From: Nitrospirota bacterium
GTDB lineage: Bacteria > Nitrospirota > UBA9217
Direction of reading: 5' to 3'
Length of the DNA: 64,000 bases
NCBI GenBank assembly: GCA_963663225.1
Contig: OY760142.1
Coordinates: forward strand, 1,248,001 to 1,312,000
The position numbers and the translations under genes are program-made. The notes beneath the pieces are model-generated. The model searched no databases and was not told the origin of the DNA. It saw nothing but the letters and a program-made list of their open reading frames with translations. Of the stretch, positions 37,244 to 47,491 are shown piece by piece; position 1 is the first letter of the stretch, and the number at the start of each line of letters is the position of its first letter.

Positions 37244-39910
37244 ATGGCTGGGCCATCAGATAAAGCAGGCATTATTGAATTTTTTCTCGTAGAAGCTGGT
37301 GATCACCTCCAGAACCTGAATAAGGGACTGTTGTCTATTGAGAAGGATCCATCTGATACCGCCCAGATCGATGAACTTTTCCGCGCAGCACATACGCTGA
37401 AGGGCTCGGCTGCCATGATGGGGTTCCAGGGCATCAGCGATGTGGCGCATAAGGCCGAAGACATGCTCGGCCAATTCCGTTCAGGAACCATTCCTATCTG
37501 CAAAGAATCCCTCAATTTTCTTTTTGACAGTGTAGACGCAATAAAACTGATGGTCGACAGTGTCGCGGTCAACGATCCTGAAGACATGCTGGTAGTGGAC
37601 AGCATCGCCAGGGCATACAAAGACGTTACCGAGAGCCTGCAAAAGACCGTTTCTCCCTCCCCCGCCGTTTCGGATCTCGATGTTGCACCCATCCTGACCG
37701 AGGATCTTAATTTGCCTTGGGAGCAAGCCTTTAGTCTCGAGGAAGAGCCGATTGTCGCTGAACCTGCCCTCGAACCTGTCGGAGGGCCTCAGACGGAGCT
37801 GGAACCAGAGGCTGAACTTCAAGTCCTTGATGAGGTTGAAAAGCCGGAAGAACTTGAGGAAATCGAAGCAATTGAAACAGCCGTTGAGGAACTTGAAGAA
37901 CAGGATGTCTTGCCAGAGACTCCCGAAGTCCGTGCAAATTTGCTTTCGACTGCGCACAAATCGCCGCTTCAGCAGGAAATAGACGAGACAAAGAAATCGG
38001 GCGTTCCTGAAAAGCGAGGATTCAGCCGCCGCGCTACAGACGTTGCCGATCTGGAAAAACAGTTTATTCGGGTCAACATTGACCGCCTCGACAATCTGAT
38101 GAATCTGGTTGGGGAAATGATTGTAAGCCGGAACCGTCTGGCGCACCAGGTCGATTTTATAAAAGTGCTGCGGGAGGAGCTTGCATTCAGCCAGAACCGG
38201 TTGCTGCACGAGATCAAAAAATTCGAGGAGAAATACGAATATACGCTGAGCATAGAGGCGCCCGGAACCAGTGAAAAACCGGCGGAACAGACCGGCGATT
38301 TTCTCGAACTGGAATTCGACCGCTATGATGATTTCAACCTGCTTTCCCGAAAACTCACGGAAATTACGAATGACACGAATGAAATCATGACTGATCTTGC
38401 CGGATTCTTCGACTCGTTTGAGGTTGATACGGCGAGAATTTCCACCATCACGACAAACCTGCAGGACGAAATTACCCTGGCCCGCATGGTTGAGATGGAC
38501 AAGCTCTATCAGCTGTTTCCCAGGCTGGTGCGCGATCTTGCGCAGGCAGAACGGAAACAGGTAAACATCGTGCTTTCGGGCGGAGAAACGAAGATCGATA
38601 AAACGGTCTTCGAAATCATATCTGATCCGCTCATGCACATGATCAGAAATGCGGTGTCGCATGGAATCGAGCCGGCTGCGGAACGCACGGCACTCGGAAA
38701 AGACCCGACCGGACTTCTCGTCCTGAAGGCTCGGCATGAGGGAAACAGCATCATAATTGAAATTGAAGATGACGGACGCGGTATGGATCCGGCCGTACTC
38801 CGGAGCACGGCCGTTGAGAAGGGTTTCATTACTCCGGGGGCGGCCCAGGCTCTCACGGACCCTGAAGCCATTAATCTTATTTTTCAGCCCGGGTTTTCCA
38901 CGGCTGCAACCATAGGCAAGATTTCCGGAAGAGGCGTGGGCATGGACGTGGTGGCGAACCAGCTGGTCCGCATTCACGGCCGGATAGAAATAAAAACGGA
39001 AAAAAATATCGGCACGAAGTTCACGATCAGGCTTCCTCTCACGCTGGCCATTGCACAAGCGCTCATTGTAAAGCTTAAAGACCAGGAAATAGCCGTCCCC
39101 ATGAACCTGGTCGAAGAAACCACACGGTTCTCCTCGAAAGATATTCAGCATGCCGCAGGGGAGGAAATGGTAAACCTGCGCGGATCCCTGGTAAAACTTC
39201 TGAAGCTGAATGAACTGCTCGGCCTCGGGAAATTGCCGAAAAAAGAGGAGACATTCCGGCAGCCGACGCTGATTCTCGGCTCGGCGGAAAAACGTCTCGC
39301 GCTTATGGTGGAAGACATTATCGGCCGGGAAGAAATCGTGGTCAAAACGCTGGGAGACTACCTCAAGGAAATAAAGATGTTTTCCGGTGCGACTATTTCC
39401 GGGGACGGCAATGTGCGGCTTATTCTTAATATTGCGTCGCTGTTCGGTGATGAGGCTGCGATGGCATCCCGAACGACGGTAGGATCGGCAAAACCGGAAT
39501 CAACGCCTGAGATTTCTACCAGAAAGCCGCGAGTGCTTGTTGTTGACGACTCCATAAGCATCCGGAAATATGTGCAGCGGTTTCTTGACCGGACCGGCTA
39601 TGAAGTTCACGTGGCGCCAGACGGCATGGAAGCCCTGAACGTCATGGGACGGGTGAAATTTGATGCCGTTATTACCGACCTGGAAATGCCTGTCATGCAT
39701 GGGTATGACCTGATGGTCGAGATGAAAAAGAATCCGGAACTCGCGAATATTCCAATCATCGTGCTTACGTCTCGGGCCGGTGATAAACACCGCCAGAAGG
39801 CTCAGGACATGGGAGCGCAGGATTATCTGGTAAAACCGTTTGAAGAGCAGGAAATGCTCGATGCGCTCAAAAAACTTCTCAGCGGAGCCGTCCTTACAAG
39901 TCGGACATAA
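37244..39910 (+). CDS. cheA: CheA/ChpA-like hybrid histidine kinase (Hpt, HATPase, CheW, receiver)
   Basis: FRAAHTLKG, IRVNIDRLDNLMNLVGE, HMIRNAVSHGIE, SGRGVGMDVV, C-terminal receiver TDLEMP. Confidence 0.95.
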   Translation: MAGPSDKAGIIEFFLVEAGDHLQNLNKGLLSIEKDPSDTAQIDELFRAAHTLKGSAAMMGFQGISDVAHKAEDMLGQFRSGTIPICKESLNFLFDSVDAIKLMVDSVAVNDPEDMLVVDSIARAYKDVTESLQKTVSPSPAVSDLDVAPILTEDLNLPWEQAFSLEEEPIVAEPALEPVGGPQTELEPEAELQVLDEVEKPEELEEIEAIETAVEELEEQDVLPETPEVRANLLSTAHKSPLQQEIDETKKSGVPEKRGFSRRATDVADLEKQFIRVNIDRLDNLMNLVGEMIVSRNRLAHQVDFIKVLREELAFSQNRLLHEIKKFEEKYEYTLSIEAPGTSEKPAEQTGDFLELEFDRYDDFNLLSRKLTEITNDTNEIMTDLAGFFDSFEVDTARISTITTNLQDEITLARMVEMDKLYQLFPRLVRDLAQAERKQVNIVLSGGETKIDKTVFEIISDPLMHMIRNAVSHGIEPAAERTALGKDPTGLLVLKARHEGNSIIIEIEDDGRGMDPAVLRSTAVEKGFITPGAAQALTDPEAINLIFQPGFSTAATIGKISGRGVGMDVVANQLVRIHGRIEIKTEKNIGTKFTIRLPLTLAIAQALIVKLKDQEIAVPMNLVEETTRFSSKDIQHAAGEEMVNLRGSLVKLLKLNELLGLGKLPKKEETFRQPTLILGSAEKRLALMVEDIIGREEIVVKTLGDYLKEIKMFSGATISGDGNVRLILNIASLFGDEAAMASRTTVGSAKPESTPEISTRKPRVLVVDDSISIRKYVQRFLDRTGYEVHVAPDGMEALNVMGRVKFDAVITDLEMPVMHGYDLMVEMKKNPELANIPIIVLTSRAGDKHRQKAQDMGAQDYLVKPFEEQEMLDALKKLLSGAVLTSRT

Positions 39911-39914
39911 CGTT

Positions 39915-40325
39915 ATGGCTGAAAACAAACGGTTTTTGATATTGTCTTTGGAACACGAACAGTACGCCATTCCCATCACGAGGCTTCTGGAGATTACGGT
40001 TGCACGCAATATTCAGAACGATCCGAGCCTCGATGATTTTTTTGAAGGAAAGTTTGAATATCGCGGGTCGCCTATTCCGGTTTTGAACATTAAAAAATTA
40101 TTCAAGCTTTCCAGCAGCCCGCTGGAGACGCTTCTGGTCGTCAAAAACAAAAAGCGGACCTTCGGCATCCTCGTCGATGCAGTAACCGATATCCTGGACT
40201 CTGTCCAAAACGTAATTCCGATGCCGAAAGGGGTTGTCGCACCGGGGCTCCACTGCTACAATGGCGTTCTGCGGCACGGAGAAAACCTTGTTCTGCTGCT
40301 GAACGAGGACGGTTTGCTGCCATGA
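39915..40325 (+). CDS. CheW-like protein
   Basis: YAIPI, YRGSPIPVLNI, GILVDAV. Confidence 0.8.
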   Translation: MAENKRFLILSLEHEQYAIPITRLLEITVARNIQNDPSLDDFFEGKFEYRGSPIPVLNIKKLFKLSSSPLETLLVVKNKKRTFGILVDAVTDILDSVQNVIPMPKGVVAPGLHCYNGVLRHGENLVLLLNEDGLLP

Positions 40326-40774
40326 TCAGCAGCTTTCTGGTGTTCCATCTGGCCGGCAGGCTTTTTGGTGCAAAGCTGCACGGTGCTATTGAGATCTTTC
40401 CGTGGCGCGCGTCTCGTTCTGTTCCGCTGTCGTATCCTTATGTGGAGGGACTGATCGATTATCGGGGGACCGTATACCCGATTTTTAGTCTGATAAAAAG
40501 GCTGGCCCTGAACAGATCGGCGCCGATCGGCTTTGCGGCGGAAACAAACGAGAGTACCGGTGCCGGGCAAAGCATTATTCTACTTGAAGAAAAAAAAATA
40601 CCGTTCGGAATTGTTGTGGACGACGTAGCACGAATGGCCCTGCTGGAAGAAAGCACATCCTCCCCCGCAGAAGCGGCGCCTGATGTCGATCCACACTATG
40701 TAAAAGGGGTCGTTTTTGAAAACGACCTGTCGATCATGATCCTCGATTTTGAAAGGTTGTTCCATGCCGGTTAA
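40322..40774 (+). CDS. CheW-like protein
   Basis: VEGLIDYRGTVYPI, GIVVDDV, ILDFERL. Confidence 0.8.
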   Translation: MISSFLVFHLAGRLFGAKLHGAIEIFPWRASRSVPLSYPYVEGLIDYRGTVYPIFSLIKRLALNRSAPIGFAAETNESTGAGQSIILLEEKKIPFGIVVDDVARMALLEESTSSPAEAAPDVDPHYVKGVVFENDLSIMILDFERLFHAG

Positions 40775-42035
40775 ATTACTATTGGCAGATAAAAGCATCA
40801 CCATCCAGAAGGTCGTGGAGATGTTGTTTTCCGGAAGAGAGTATGAAGTCATCTGTGTGAGCGACGGAGAGGCTGCTCTGCACGAGGTGGAGAGGACCAT
40901 TCCGGGCGCTGTGCTGGTTGATATAGATCTGCCGCGGGTAGATGGCTACGCGGTTGCCACGCAGCTCAAAAACAATCCGAAACTTTCCCACATTCCGGTT
41001 ATTCTGATGATGAGCAGAGACGATGTATATGATACCGCGAAAGGCAAGCAGGCCGGAATCACCGATAAAATCGTCAAACCGTTCGAATCTCAAGAGCTCA
41101 TCGGCAAGGTGAAAAAAGTGCTTGCATCAGCGCCGCCGCGCAGAGAAGCGCCTGCCGCTCCGAAGCCGCAGGCGGCAAAGCAGGAGAGTCGTACCGTCCG
41201 TCCTCCCGTTACCGCAAGCGAACCAAAGCAGACGCCGACGTCTATTTTCGACATCATCAGCAACGCGCCTACGCACGCGGACCTCAAACAGGGTGCAGCC
41301 TCCGTTGAAGAGGACTCGGTTTTCGAGGTTGAGCCTGTTGTCGAGGAAATAGAAGCGCCATCTCTTCAGGAAGAACAGGCATTGCCGACCGGTGCAAAAG
41401 CAGTGGAAGAGATGCGGGCCAATTTAGGCCTGACGGAAATAACCGACGAAATCAAGCCGGAGATTGTCACGTTCGAATCGTTCGATACAACGTTCGAAAC
41501 AGCACAGCCTGCCGCGCCTATCACGCCGCAGGAACACGCACCCGCCTTACAACCAGCCATGCCGCCGACTTCGCAGCCGGTATTGTTGATGGACGATATG
41601 CGCAAACTGGTGTCGGAGACCGTATCAAAACAGGTAGCAGACGCCCTGAAAAACGTGCCCCCCCCGCCGGTGCAACAGCCGTCATTCTCGCTGGACGACG
41701 TACGCAAACTGGTGTCGGAGACCGTATCAAAGCAGGTAGCGGATGGCCTGAAAAGCATGCCGCCTCCGCAACCGGTATTGCCGATGGATGATATGCGCAA
41801 ACTGGTGGTGGAAACAGCATCAAAGCTGACCATGAATGCTTTGAAGGAGCTGCCGCCTCCCCCCATTCCTAAAATATCCGACGAAACAATCAAGCGAGGC
41901 ATCCAGGAAGCGGTTATGACTGTGGCCCGGGAGCTCGCGCGGGGCATAATTGAACAAGTGGCATGGGAAGTAATTCCGCAGTTGGCAGAGCACCTGATAA
42001 AAGAAGAGATTGAGCGTTTAAAGAAAACACCGTAG
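40764..42035 (+). CDS. romR: RomR-like response regulator (atypical receiver, Pro-rich linker, RomR-C tail)
   Basis: LLLADKSITIQKVV receiver; C-terminal IIEQVAWEVIPQLAEHLIKEEIERL; directly upstream of valS. Confidence 0.8.
   Translation: MPVKLLLADKSITIQKVVEMLFSGREYEVICVSDGEAALHEVERTIPGAVLVDIDLPRVDGYAVATQLKNNPKLSHIPVILMMSRDDVYDTAKGKQAGITDKIVKPFESQELIGKVKKVLASAPPRREAPAAPKPQAAKQESRTVRPPVTASEPKQTPTSIFDIISNAPTHADLKQGAASVEEDSVFEVEPVVEEIEAPSLQEEQALPTGAKAVEEMRANLGLTEITDEIKPEIVTFESFDTTFETAQPAAPITPQEHAPALQPAMPPTSQPVLLMDDMRKLVSETVSKQVADALKNVPPPPVQQPSFSLDDVRKLVSETVSKQVADGLKSMPPPQPVLPMDDMRKLVVETASKLTMNALKELPPPPIPKISDETIKRGIQEAVMTVARELARGIIEQVAWEVIPQLAEHLIKEEIERLKKTP
41574..41863 (+). repeat. Three tandem ~93-102 nt coding repeats in the RomR linker
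   Basis: QP...(M/L)DD(M/V)RKLV.ET.SK....LK..PPP units starting at 41574, 41676 and 41769. Confidence 0.9.
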
Positions 42036-42070
42036 AACCAAATAACGAAAATAACTGACTGCCGGCGGAC

Positions 42071-42097
42071 GAGGGGACTAGTTCCCCTCTTTTATTT
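42071..42097 (+). terminator. Putative terminator between romR and valS
   Basis: GAGGGGA-CTAGT-TCCCCTC followed by TTTTATTT. Confidence 0.55.
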
Positions 42098-42132
42098 GAA
42101 GGCGATGTGTGCAGTAAAGGAGATAGTATTTC

Positions 42133-44865
42133 ATGTCGGGAAAAGAACTGCCTAAAACATATGATCCTCAACAGGTCGAACAGAAATGGTACCATGACTG
42201 GCAATCAAAAAACTATTTTCATGCTGATAAAAACGCAGACGGCACGCCGTTCTCCATTGTAATCCCCCCGCCGAATGTGACCGGGTCGCTGCACATCGGC
42301 CACGCGCTGAACTCCACACTGCAGGATATTTTGACGCGGTGGATGCGCATGAGCGGTAGGAACGCGCTCTGGCTGCCCGGTACGGACCATGCGGGGATAG
42401 CCACTCAGAACGTAGTGGAACGCCAACTTGCCAAGGACCATATTGACCGCCAAAGTCTTGGGCGGGAGAAATTCATCGAAAAAGTCTGGGAGTGGAAAAA
42501 GGAATATGGCGGCAAGATCATCGGCCAGTTGCAGCGCCTGGGTGCCTCCTGCGACTGGGAACGCGAACGTTTTACCATGGATGAAGGTCTGTCGCGGGCC
42601 GTGCGGGAAGTTTTTGTCACGCTTTATGAAGAAGGTCTGATTTACCGCGGTGAACGGCTGATCAACTGGTGCCCGCGCTGCCATACTGCATTGTCCGATA
42701 TTGAAGTTGAGCACGAAGATGAAAAAGGCAAGCTGTATCATATTGCCTACCCGTTGAGCCATGACCCGAACATCCGGCTGACGGTGGCGACCACCAGACC
42801 GGAGACCATGCTGGGAGACACCGCCGTTGCCGTGCACCCGCTGGACCCGCGGTATAAAAGTCTCATCGGCAAGACCGTAGATCTTCCGCTCACCCGGCGC
42901 AAAATTCCGATTATCGGCGATTCAATCCTTGTTGATCTCGAATTCGGGACCGGTGCCGTCAAGGTGACGCCGGCGCATGATTTCAACGATTACGAAGCAG
43001 GCCAGCGCCAAAAACCGGAGTTGCTGCGGATAAAGATGCTTAATGAAAAGGCGGAAATTCTTTCCGATATTCCGGATGTGCTTCCTGATGTGTTGAAGCA
43101 TCTTGCCGGCAAACCAGCCAAAAAAGCGCGCGGCATGGTTGTAGAGCTTCTTCAGGAACGGGGTTTTCTTATTACAACTGAGGACCACGCCCATTCCATC
43201 GGCAAATGCTACCGCTGCAAAGCAGTGGTTGAGCCCTACCTCTCACCGCAATGGTTTGTGAAGACAACGCCGCTGGCAGAACCTGCAATCAAAGCCGTTG
43301 AGGACGGGGCGGTGAGAATCATCCCCAAGGGCTGGGAAAATACCTATTTTGACTGGATGCGGAATATAAAAGACTGGTGCATCTCGCGCCAGATCTGGTG
43401 GGGACATCGCATTCCTGCCTGGTATTGCGACGACTGCGGCGAACTTATGGTAACGCGGACGGACGCAGCTGCCTGCAAAAAATGCGGAAGTAAGAACATA
43501 CGACAGGAAACCGACGTTCTCGATACCTGGTTCTCCTCCGCGTTATGGCCGTTCTCGACGCTGGGATGGCCCGATAAAACCGGAGAGCTGAAGGTTTATT
43601 ATCCGACCTCAGTGCTTGTCACAAGCTTTGATATCATCTTCTTCTGGGTGGCCCGGATGATCATGATGGGCCTTCATTTCATGAAAGAAGTCCCCTTCCG
43701 GGACGTGTATATTCATGCGCTGGTACGCGATGCGGAAGGCCAGAAAATGAGCAAGTCCAGGGGAAATGTCATCGATCCGCTGGTGATGATAGACCAGTAT
43801 GGGACCGATGCTTTCCGTTTCACTCTTTCCGCTTTTGCGGCGCAGGGGCGCGATATTAAACTTTCGCCCGAACGAATAGAAGGCTATAGAAACTTTGCAA
43901 ACAAGATCTGGAATGCCAGCAGGTTCGTGCTCATGAATCTCGATCAGGATTTTGCTCCGGCTCCTGCGTCCGCAACAGCATCACTGTCTCTTGCAGACCG
44001 CTGGATTCTGTCGCGGCTGAATTCCGTTACGAAAGACATACAATGCGCCCTCTCCGAATATCGGTTTAATGATGTTGCTTCTTCGCTCTACCAGTTCATC
44101 TGGCACGAATACTGCGACTGGTACCTCGAATTGTCAAAACCGGCCCTGAACCAGGAGAAAGATTCTCCCAGCCGCACGGCGACCCAGGCGGTGCTTGCCC
44201 GGGTACTGGAAACCGCACTTCGGCTGCTGCATCCCCTTATGCCGTTCATCACGGAAGAAATATGGCAGACCCTGCCCGAACAGGCCAGGAACCGGCAGTC
44301 CTGCGGGGAACATGCAAAGGCGGGAAAACAGTATGATTCCATCATGGTCTCGCCGTATCCTGTTGCAGACGAGAAGCTGATCAATCCCGGGATCGAGCAG
44401 GACATGCAGATGGTCATGGACCTGATTTTGGCGATCAGGAATATTCGCGGCGAAATGAATATTGCGCCCTCGCTGCAGATAACGGCAATTGTGAAGGTAG
44501 ATCACGCGAAGCTTGGGGAGCACCTCGAACAAAGCGCACTCTATGTGAAAACGCTTGCGCGCGTGAGTGATCTTCGTATCGGCACGGAGGAACGCAAGCC
44601 GAAAATAACCGCTACGGCCGTCATTAAGGGCGCGGAGGTGTATGTCCCGCTGGAAGGTCTTCTTGACTTGGACCAGGAGCGCGAGCGTTTACAGAAGGAC
44701 ATGACGAAGATATCGCAAGAGATTGAAGTCCTGTCAAAAAAACTCCTGAACAGAAACTTTGTAGACAAAGCGCCGCAGGACGTCGTGGCAAAAAACCGGG
44801 AAAAGCTCGCCGAGCTGAAGTCAAAATATGAAAAGCTGACAACAAGCCTGAAGATTCTGAACTAG
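42133..44865 (+). CDS. valS: Valine--tRNA ligase
   Basis: PPPNVTGSLHIGH, GTDHAGIATQ, DWCISRQIWWGH, KMSKS. Confidence 0.98.
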   Translation: MSGKELPKTYDPQQVEQKWYHDWQSKNYFHADKNADGTPFSIVIPPPNVTGSLHIGHALNSTLQDILTRWMRMSGRNALWLPGTDHAGIATQNVVERQLAKDHIDRQSLGREKFIEKVWEWKKEYGGKIIGQLQRLGASCDWERERFTMDEGLSRAVREVFVTLYEEGLIYRGERLINWCPRCHTALSDIEVEHEDEKGKLYHIAYPLSHDPNIRLTVATTRPETMLGDTAVAVHPLDPRYKSLIGKTVDLPLTRRKIPIIGDSILVDLEFGTGAVKVTPAHDFNDYEAGQRQKPELLRIKMLNEKAEILSDIPDVLPDVLKHLAGKPAKKARGMVVELLQERGFLITTEDHAHSIGKCYRCKAVVEPYLSPQWFVKTTPLAEPAIKAVEDGAVRIIPKGWENTYFDWMRNIKDWCISRQIWWGHRIPAWYCDDCGELMVTRTDAAACKKCGSKNIRQETDVLDTWFSSALWPFSTLGWPDKTGELKVYYPTSVLVTSFDIIFFWVARMIMMGLHFMKEVPFRDVYIHALVRDAEGQKMSKSRGNVIDPLVMIDQYGTDAFRFTLSAFAAQGRDIKLSPERIEGYRNFANKIWNASRFVLMNLDQDFAPAPASATASLSLADRWILSRLNSVTKDIQCALSEYRFNDVASSLYQFIWHEYCDWYLELSKPALNQEKDSPSRTATQAVLARVLETALRLLHPLMPFITEEIWQTLPEQARNRQSCGEHAKAGKQYDSIMVSPYPVADEKLINPGIEQDMQMVMDLILAIRNIRGEMNIAPSLQITAIVKVDHAKLGEHLEQSALYVKTLARVSDLRIGTEERKPKITATAVIKGAEVYVPLEGLLDLDQERERLQKDMTKISQEIEVLSKKLLNRNFVDKAPQDVVAKNREKLAELKSKYEKLTTSLKILN

Positions 44866-44918
44866 ATAAAAACGCGCGCTGCATGCTGCAGCGAACCGGC
44901 AAGAATGGCTAGGATTTG

Positions 44919-45752
44919 ATGATCAATTTAGCGCTCAAAAAACTGATCGAGCAGGCCCTGCTCGAAGACATCGGCCCCGGAGACGTTACCACGGAGGCAA
45001 CGATATTGCCCGAAGCAGAAGCCGTTGCGGCAATAACCGCCAAACAGTCTCTTGTTCTCGCCGGTATTTCCGTAAGCCGGGAAGTGTTTCACGTCCTTGA
45101 CTCTTCAATAGAGTTTGAGCCTCTTGCCCGGGACGGAGACTGTCTGAACGCCGGTGCAGAGATCGCCCGCCTGTCAGGCAAGACCCGGGCGCTGCTGATG
45201 GGAGAACGCGTTGCTTTGAATCTGCTCCAGCACCTGTCCGGCATTGCGACCCTGACGGCCCGGTATCTCGACAGCATTAAGGGGCTGAAGGTGGCGGTGC
45301 TTGACACAAGAAAAACCCACCCCGGTTTGCGCCAGCTTGAGAAATATGCCGTCCGGCTGGGAGGGGGCAGGAACCACCGCTATTGTCTGAACGACGGCGT
45401 GCTGATTAAAGACAATCATATTGCGGCAGCGGGGGGCATTACAAACGCTGTAAACCTGGTAAGAAAAAAATCCCACCATCTGCTTAAAATCGAAGTGGAA
45501 GCAAGGACCCTTGAGGATGTGCGGGAAGCGCTGTCCGCAAAGGCTGACGTAATCATGCTTGACAACATGGCGGTTGCTATGATGCGCGAGGCGGTGGCGC
45601 TGATCAACCATCAGGCGCTGGTGGAGGCATCAGGCAATGTGACCCTTGATACGATTCGAACCATCGCGGAAACAGGCGTTGATTTTATATCCTGCGGAAG
45701 CCTGACTCATTCGGCGCCCGCCGCCGATATCAGCATGAAAATCATCAATTAA
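44919..45752 (+). CDS. nadC: Nicotinate-nucleotide diphosphorylase (carboxylating)
   Basis: LLEDIGPGDVTT, GERVALN, DTRKT.PGLR, IKDNHI, IMLDNM, EASGNV. Confidence 0.96.
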   Translation: MINLALKKLIEQALLEDIGPGDVTTEATILPEAEAVAAITAKQSLVLAGISVSREVFHVLDSSIEFEPLARDGDCLNAGAEIARLSGKTRALLMGERVALNLLQHLSGIATLTARYLDSIKGLKVAVLDTRKTHPGLRQLEKYAVRLGGGRNHRYCLNDGVLIKDNHIAAAGGITNAVNLVRKKSHHLLKIEVEARTLEDVREALSAKADVIMLDNMAVAMMREAVALINHQALVEASGNVTLDTIRTIAETGVDFISCGSLTHSAPAADISMKIIN

Positions 45753-45848
45753 AACCGCAGGACAATCGGTAGCAACACCGGCACCATAGTTGCTCACTCC
45801 ACAGCGGGCAAAGCACGCATGAGGTGATGCCGCCCCGGTTTTCAAAGA

Positions 45849-46823
45849 ATGTATAAAGACAAAATACTGCGCCTCCTCAGATCATCACCTGCCGATTTCC
45901 TTTCCGGAGAAGAATTAGCCAGGAAAACAGGGATTTCACGCACCATGGTCTGGAAGCATATCAAGTCGCTCGAACAGGAAGGCTTCGGAATCGAGGCCGT
46001 CCCGTCTCAGGGATACCGAATCCTGAGCGAGCCTGATACCCTCCGGAAAAGCGACATACTCCAAGGGCTCAGGACCAAATTCATGGGCCGAACACTCCAC
46101 CTGCATCCCGCGGTCGCATCCACCAACACGCTTGCCATGGAGATGGCGTCGCTCTCATCGCCTGAAGGTTCTGTGGTCATTGCGGAAACGCAAACCGCCG
46201 GCAAGGGCAGAATCGGCAGGACATGGATTTCGCCGAAAGGAAATCTCTATTTCAGCGTGGTTCTGAAACCGAACATGCAGCTGCAGAAGGCCCCTCTTCT
46301 TACTCTCATGGGGGCGGTTGCAGTTGCTTCCACAGTCCGAACCATGCTCGCCCAGCAAGCCGTCATTAAATGGCCCAATGATGTTCTTATCGGCCAAAAG
46401 AAAATCAGCGGACTGCTTACCGAAATGAGCGCGGAGCAGGACCGCATCAAATATATCGTGCTGGGTATCGGTTTGAATGTAAACATGGATCTTGTGGCAC
46501 TTCCGTCCGACGTCCGCAGAAATATAACGACAGTGGCGGCGGAAACCGGGAAGAACATCCGGCGCACACCGCTGCTGTGCCAATTGCTGCTGGACCTTGA
46601 ACACTGGTACCGGGTGTTTCTCGAAGATGAAGAACTCGTTTTATCGGAGTGGAAAAAACTTAATGTGACGATCGGCAATCGGGTCACGGTACGCGGTCTG
46701 AACGATACTCTCGAAGGATTGGCGCAGGGAATCGACCGCGAAGGCAGGCTTATCATCACGCTTGATGACGGCAGTGTGGTCCACGTGGCTTCCGGGGATG
46801 TAACGCTGAAGCCGGTTTCATAG
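45849..46823 (+). CDS. birA: Bifunctional biotin--[acetyl-CoA-carboxylase] ligase / repressor
   Basis: N-terminal HTH (SGEELA..GISRTMVWKHI), STN, QTAGKGRIGRTW, KWPND, KISGLL. Confidence 0.95.
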   Translation: MYKDKILRLLRSSPADFLSGEELARKTGISRTMVWKHIKSLEQEGFGIEAVPSQGYRILSEPDTLRKSDILQGLRTKFMGRTLHLHPAVASTNTLAMEMASLSSPEGSVVIAETQTAGKGRIGRTWISPKGNLYFSVVLKPNMQLQKAPLLTLMGAVAVASTVRTMLAQQAVIKWPNDVLIGQKKISGLLTEMSAEQDRIKYIVLGIGLNVNMDLVALPSDVRRNITTVAAETGKNIRRTPLLCQLLLDLEHWYRVFLEDEELVLSEWKKLNVTIGNRVTVRGLNDTLEGLAQGIDREGRLIITLDDGSVVHVASGDVTLKPVS

Positions 46824-46874
46824 CGCTCTGGGCTGATAGTTCGAACCGATGACGCAGGCGAACTGAGGTCATCG

Positions 46875-47312
46875 TTAGAGTTTGTCTCCAATATAGTTGA
46901 TAATGTCCGTAAGAGTCACGATGCCCACCAGCCTGCCGTTATCCACGACCGGCAGCTGTTTTACTTTTTGGCGTATCATGAGTGAACCCGCCTTGATGAT
47001 CGGCATGCTGCTGTCGATCGTGATGAGACATTTGCTGGCAAAATTGCTTACTTTTATATCATACAGTTTATATGCTCGCTCCTCGATATACTCAAAGCTT
47101 GCAATGTTGTGTTCATTTTCCATAATATCGGCATAGCTGGGAAGAAGCGCCTTGAAGAGATCGGCCTTGGTGATTATCCCAACAGGCGTCGAGCCGTCCA
47201 GAACGACAAGGCCGTTCACATCACGCTGCTTGAGAATCTGTATGCACTCCCTGAGTGTTTTGTCCGGAGTGCTGGTGTAAACTCTTTTTGTCATAATATC
47301 GGCAATTTTCAT
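46875..47312 (-). CDS. CBS domain pair protein
   Basis: IADIMT, VGIITKADL, LPVVDNGRLVGIVTLTDI. Confidence 0.88.
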   Translation of the reverse strand: MKIADIMTKRVYTSTPDKTLRECIQILKQRDVNGLVVLDGSTPVGIITKADLFKALLPSYADIMENEHNIASFEYIEERAYKLYDIKVSNFASKCLITIDSSMPIIKAGSLMIRQKVKQLPVVDNGRLVGIVTLTDIINYIGDKL

Positions 47313-47491
47313 TTTTCCCTCCTCCGCCACACCGGGTTGTGCGTTCCAGCGCCTCTGTTTTTAGTGTAACATAAAAAATGAACGTGTGGGAACGGCAGGG
47401 AAAAGCGGTTTGCACGGGGAAAATATATTCCTAATTGACAGATATCAGCATCCTGATGTAATATCGCCTAAAATGCAAAAAGGAGCTCTCT

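Noticed and set aside
37481-39151. Long antisense ORFs (e.g. 556 aa opposite cheA; also opposite ftsH, MCP, surA, guaA)
   Set aside because: Shadows of well-supported genes with no recognisable motifs.
42036-42132. T-box riboswitch before valS
   Set aside because: The leader is under 100 nt and lacks the T-box consensus.
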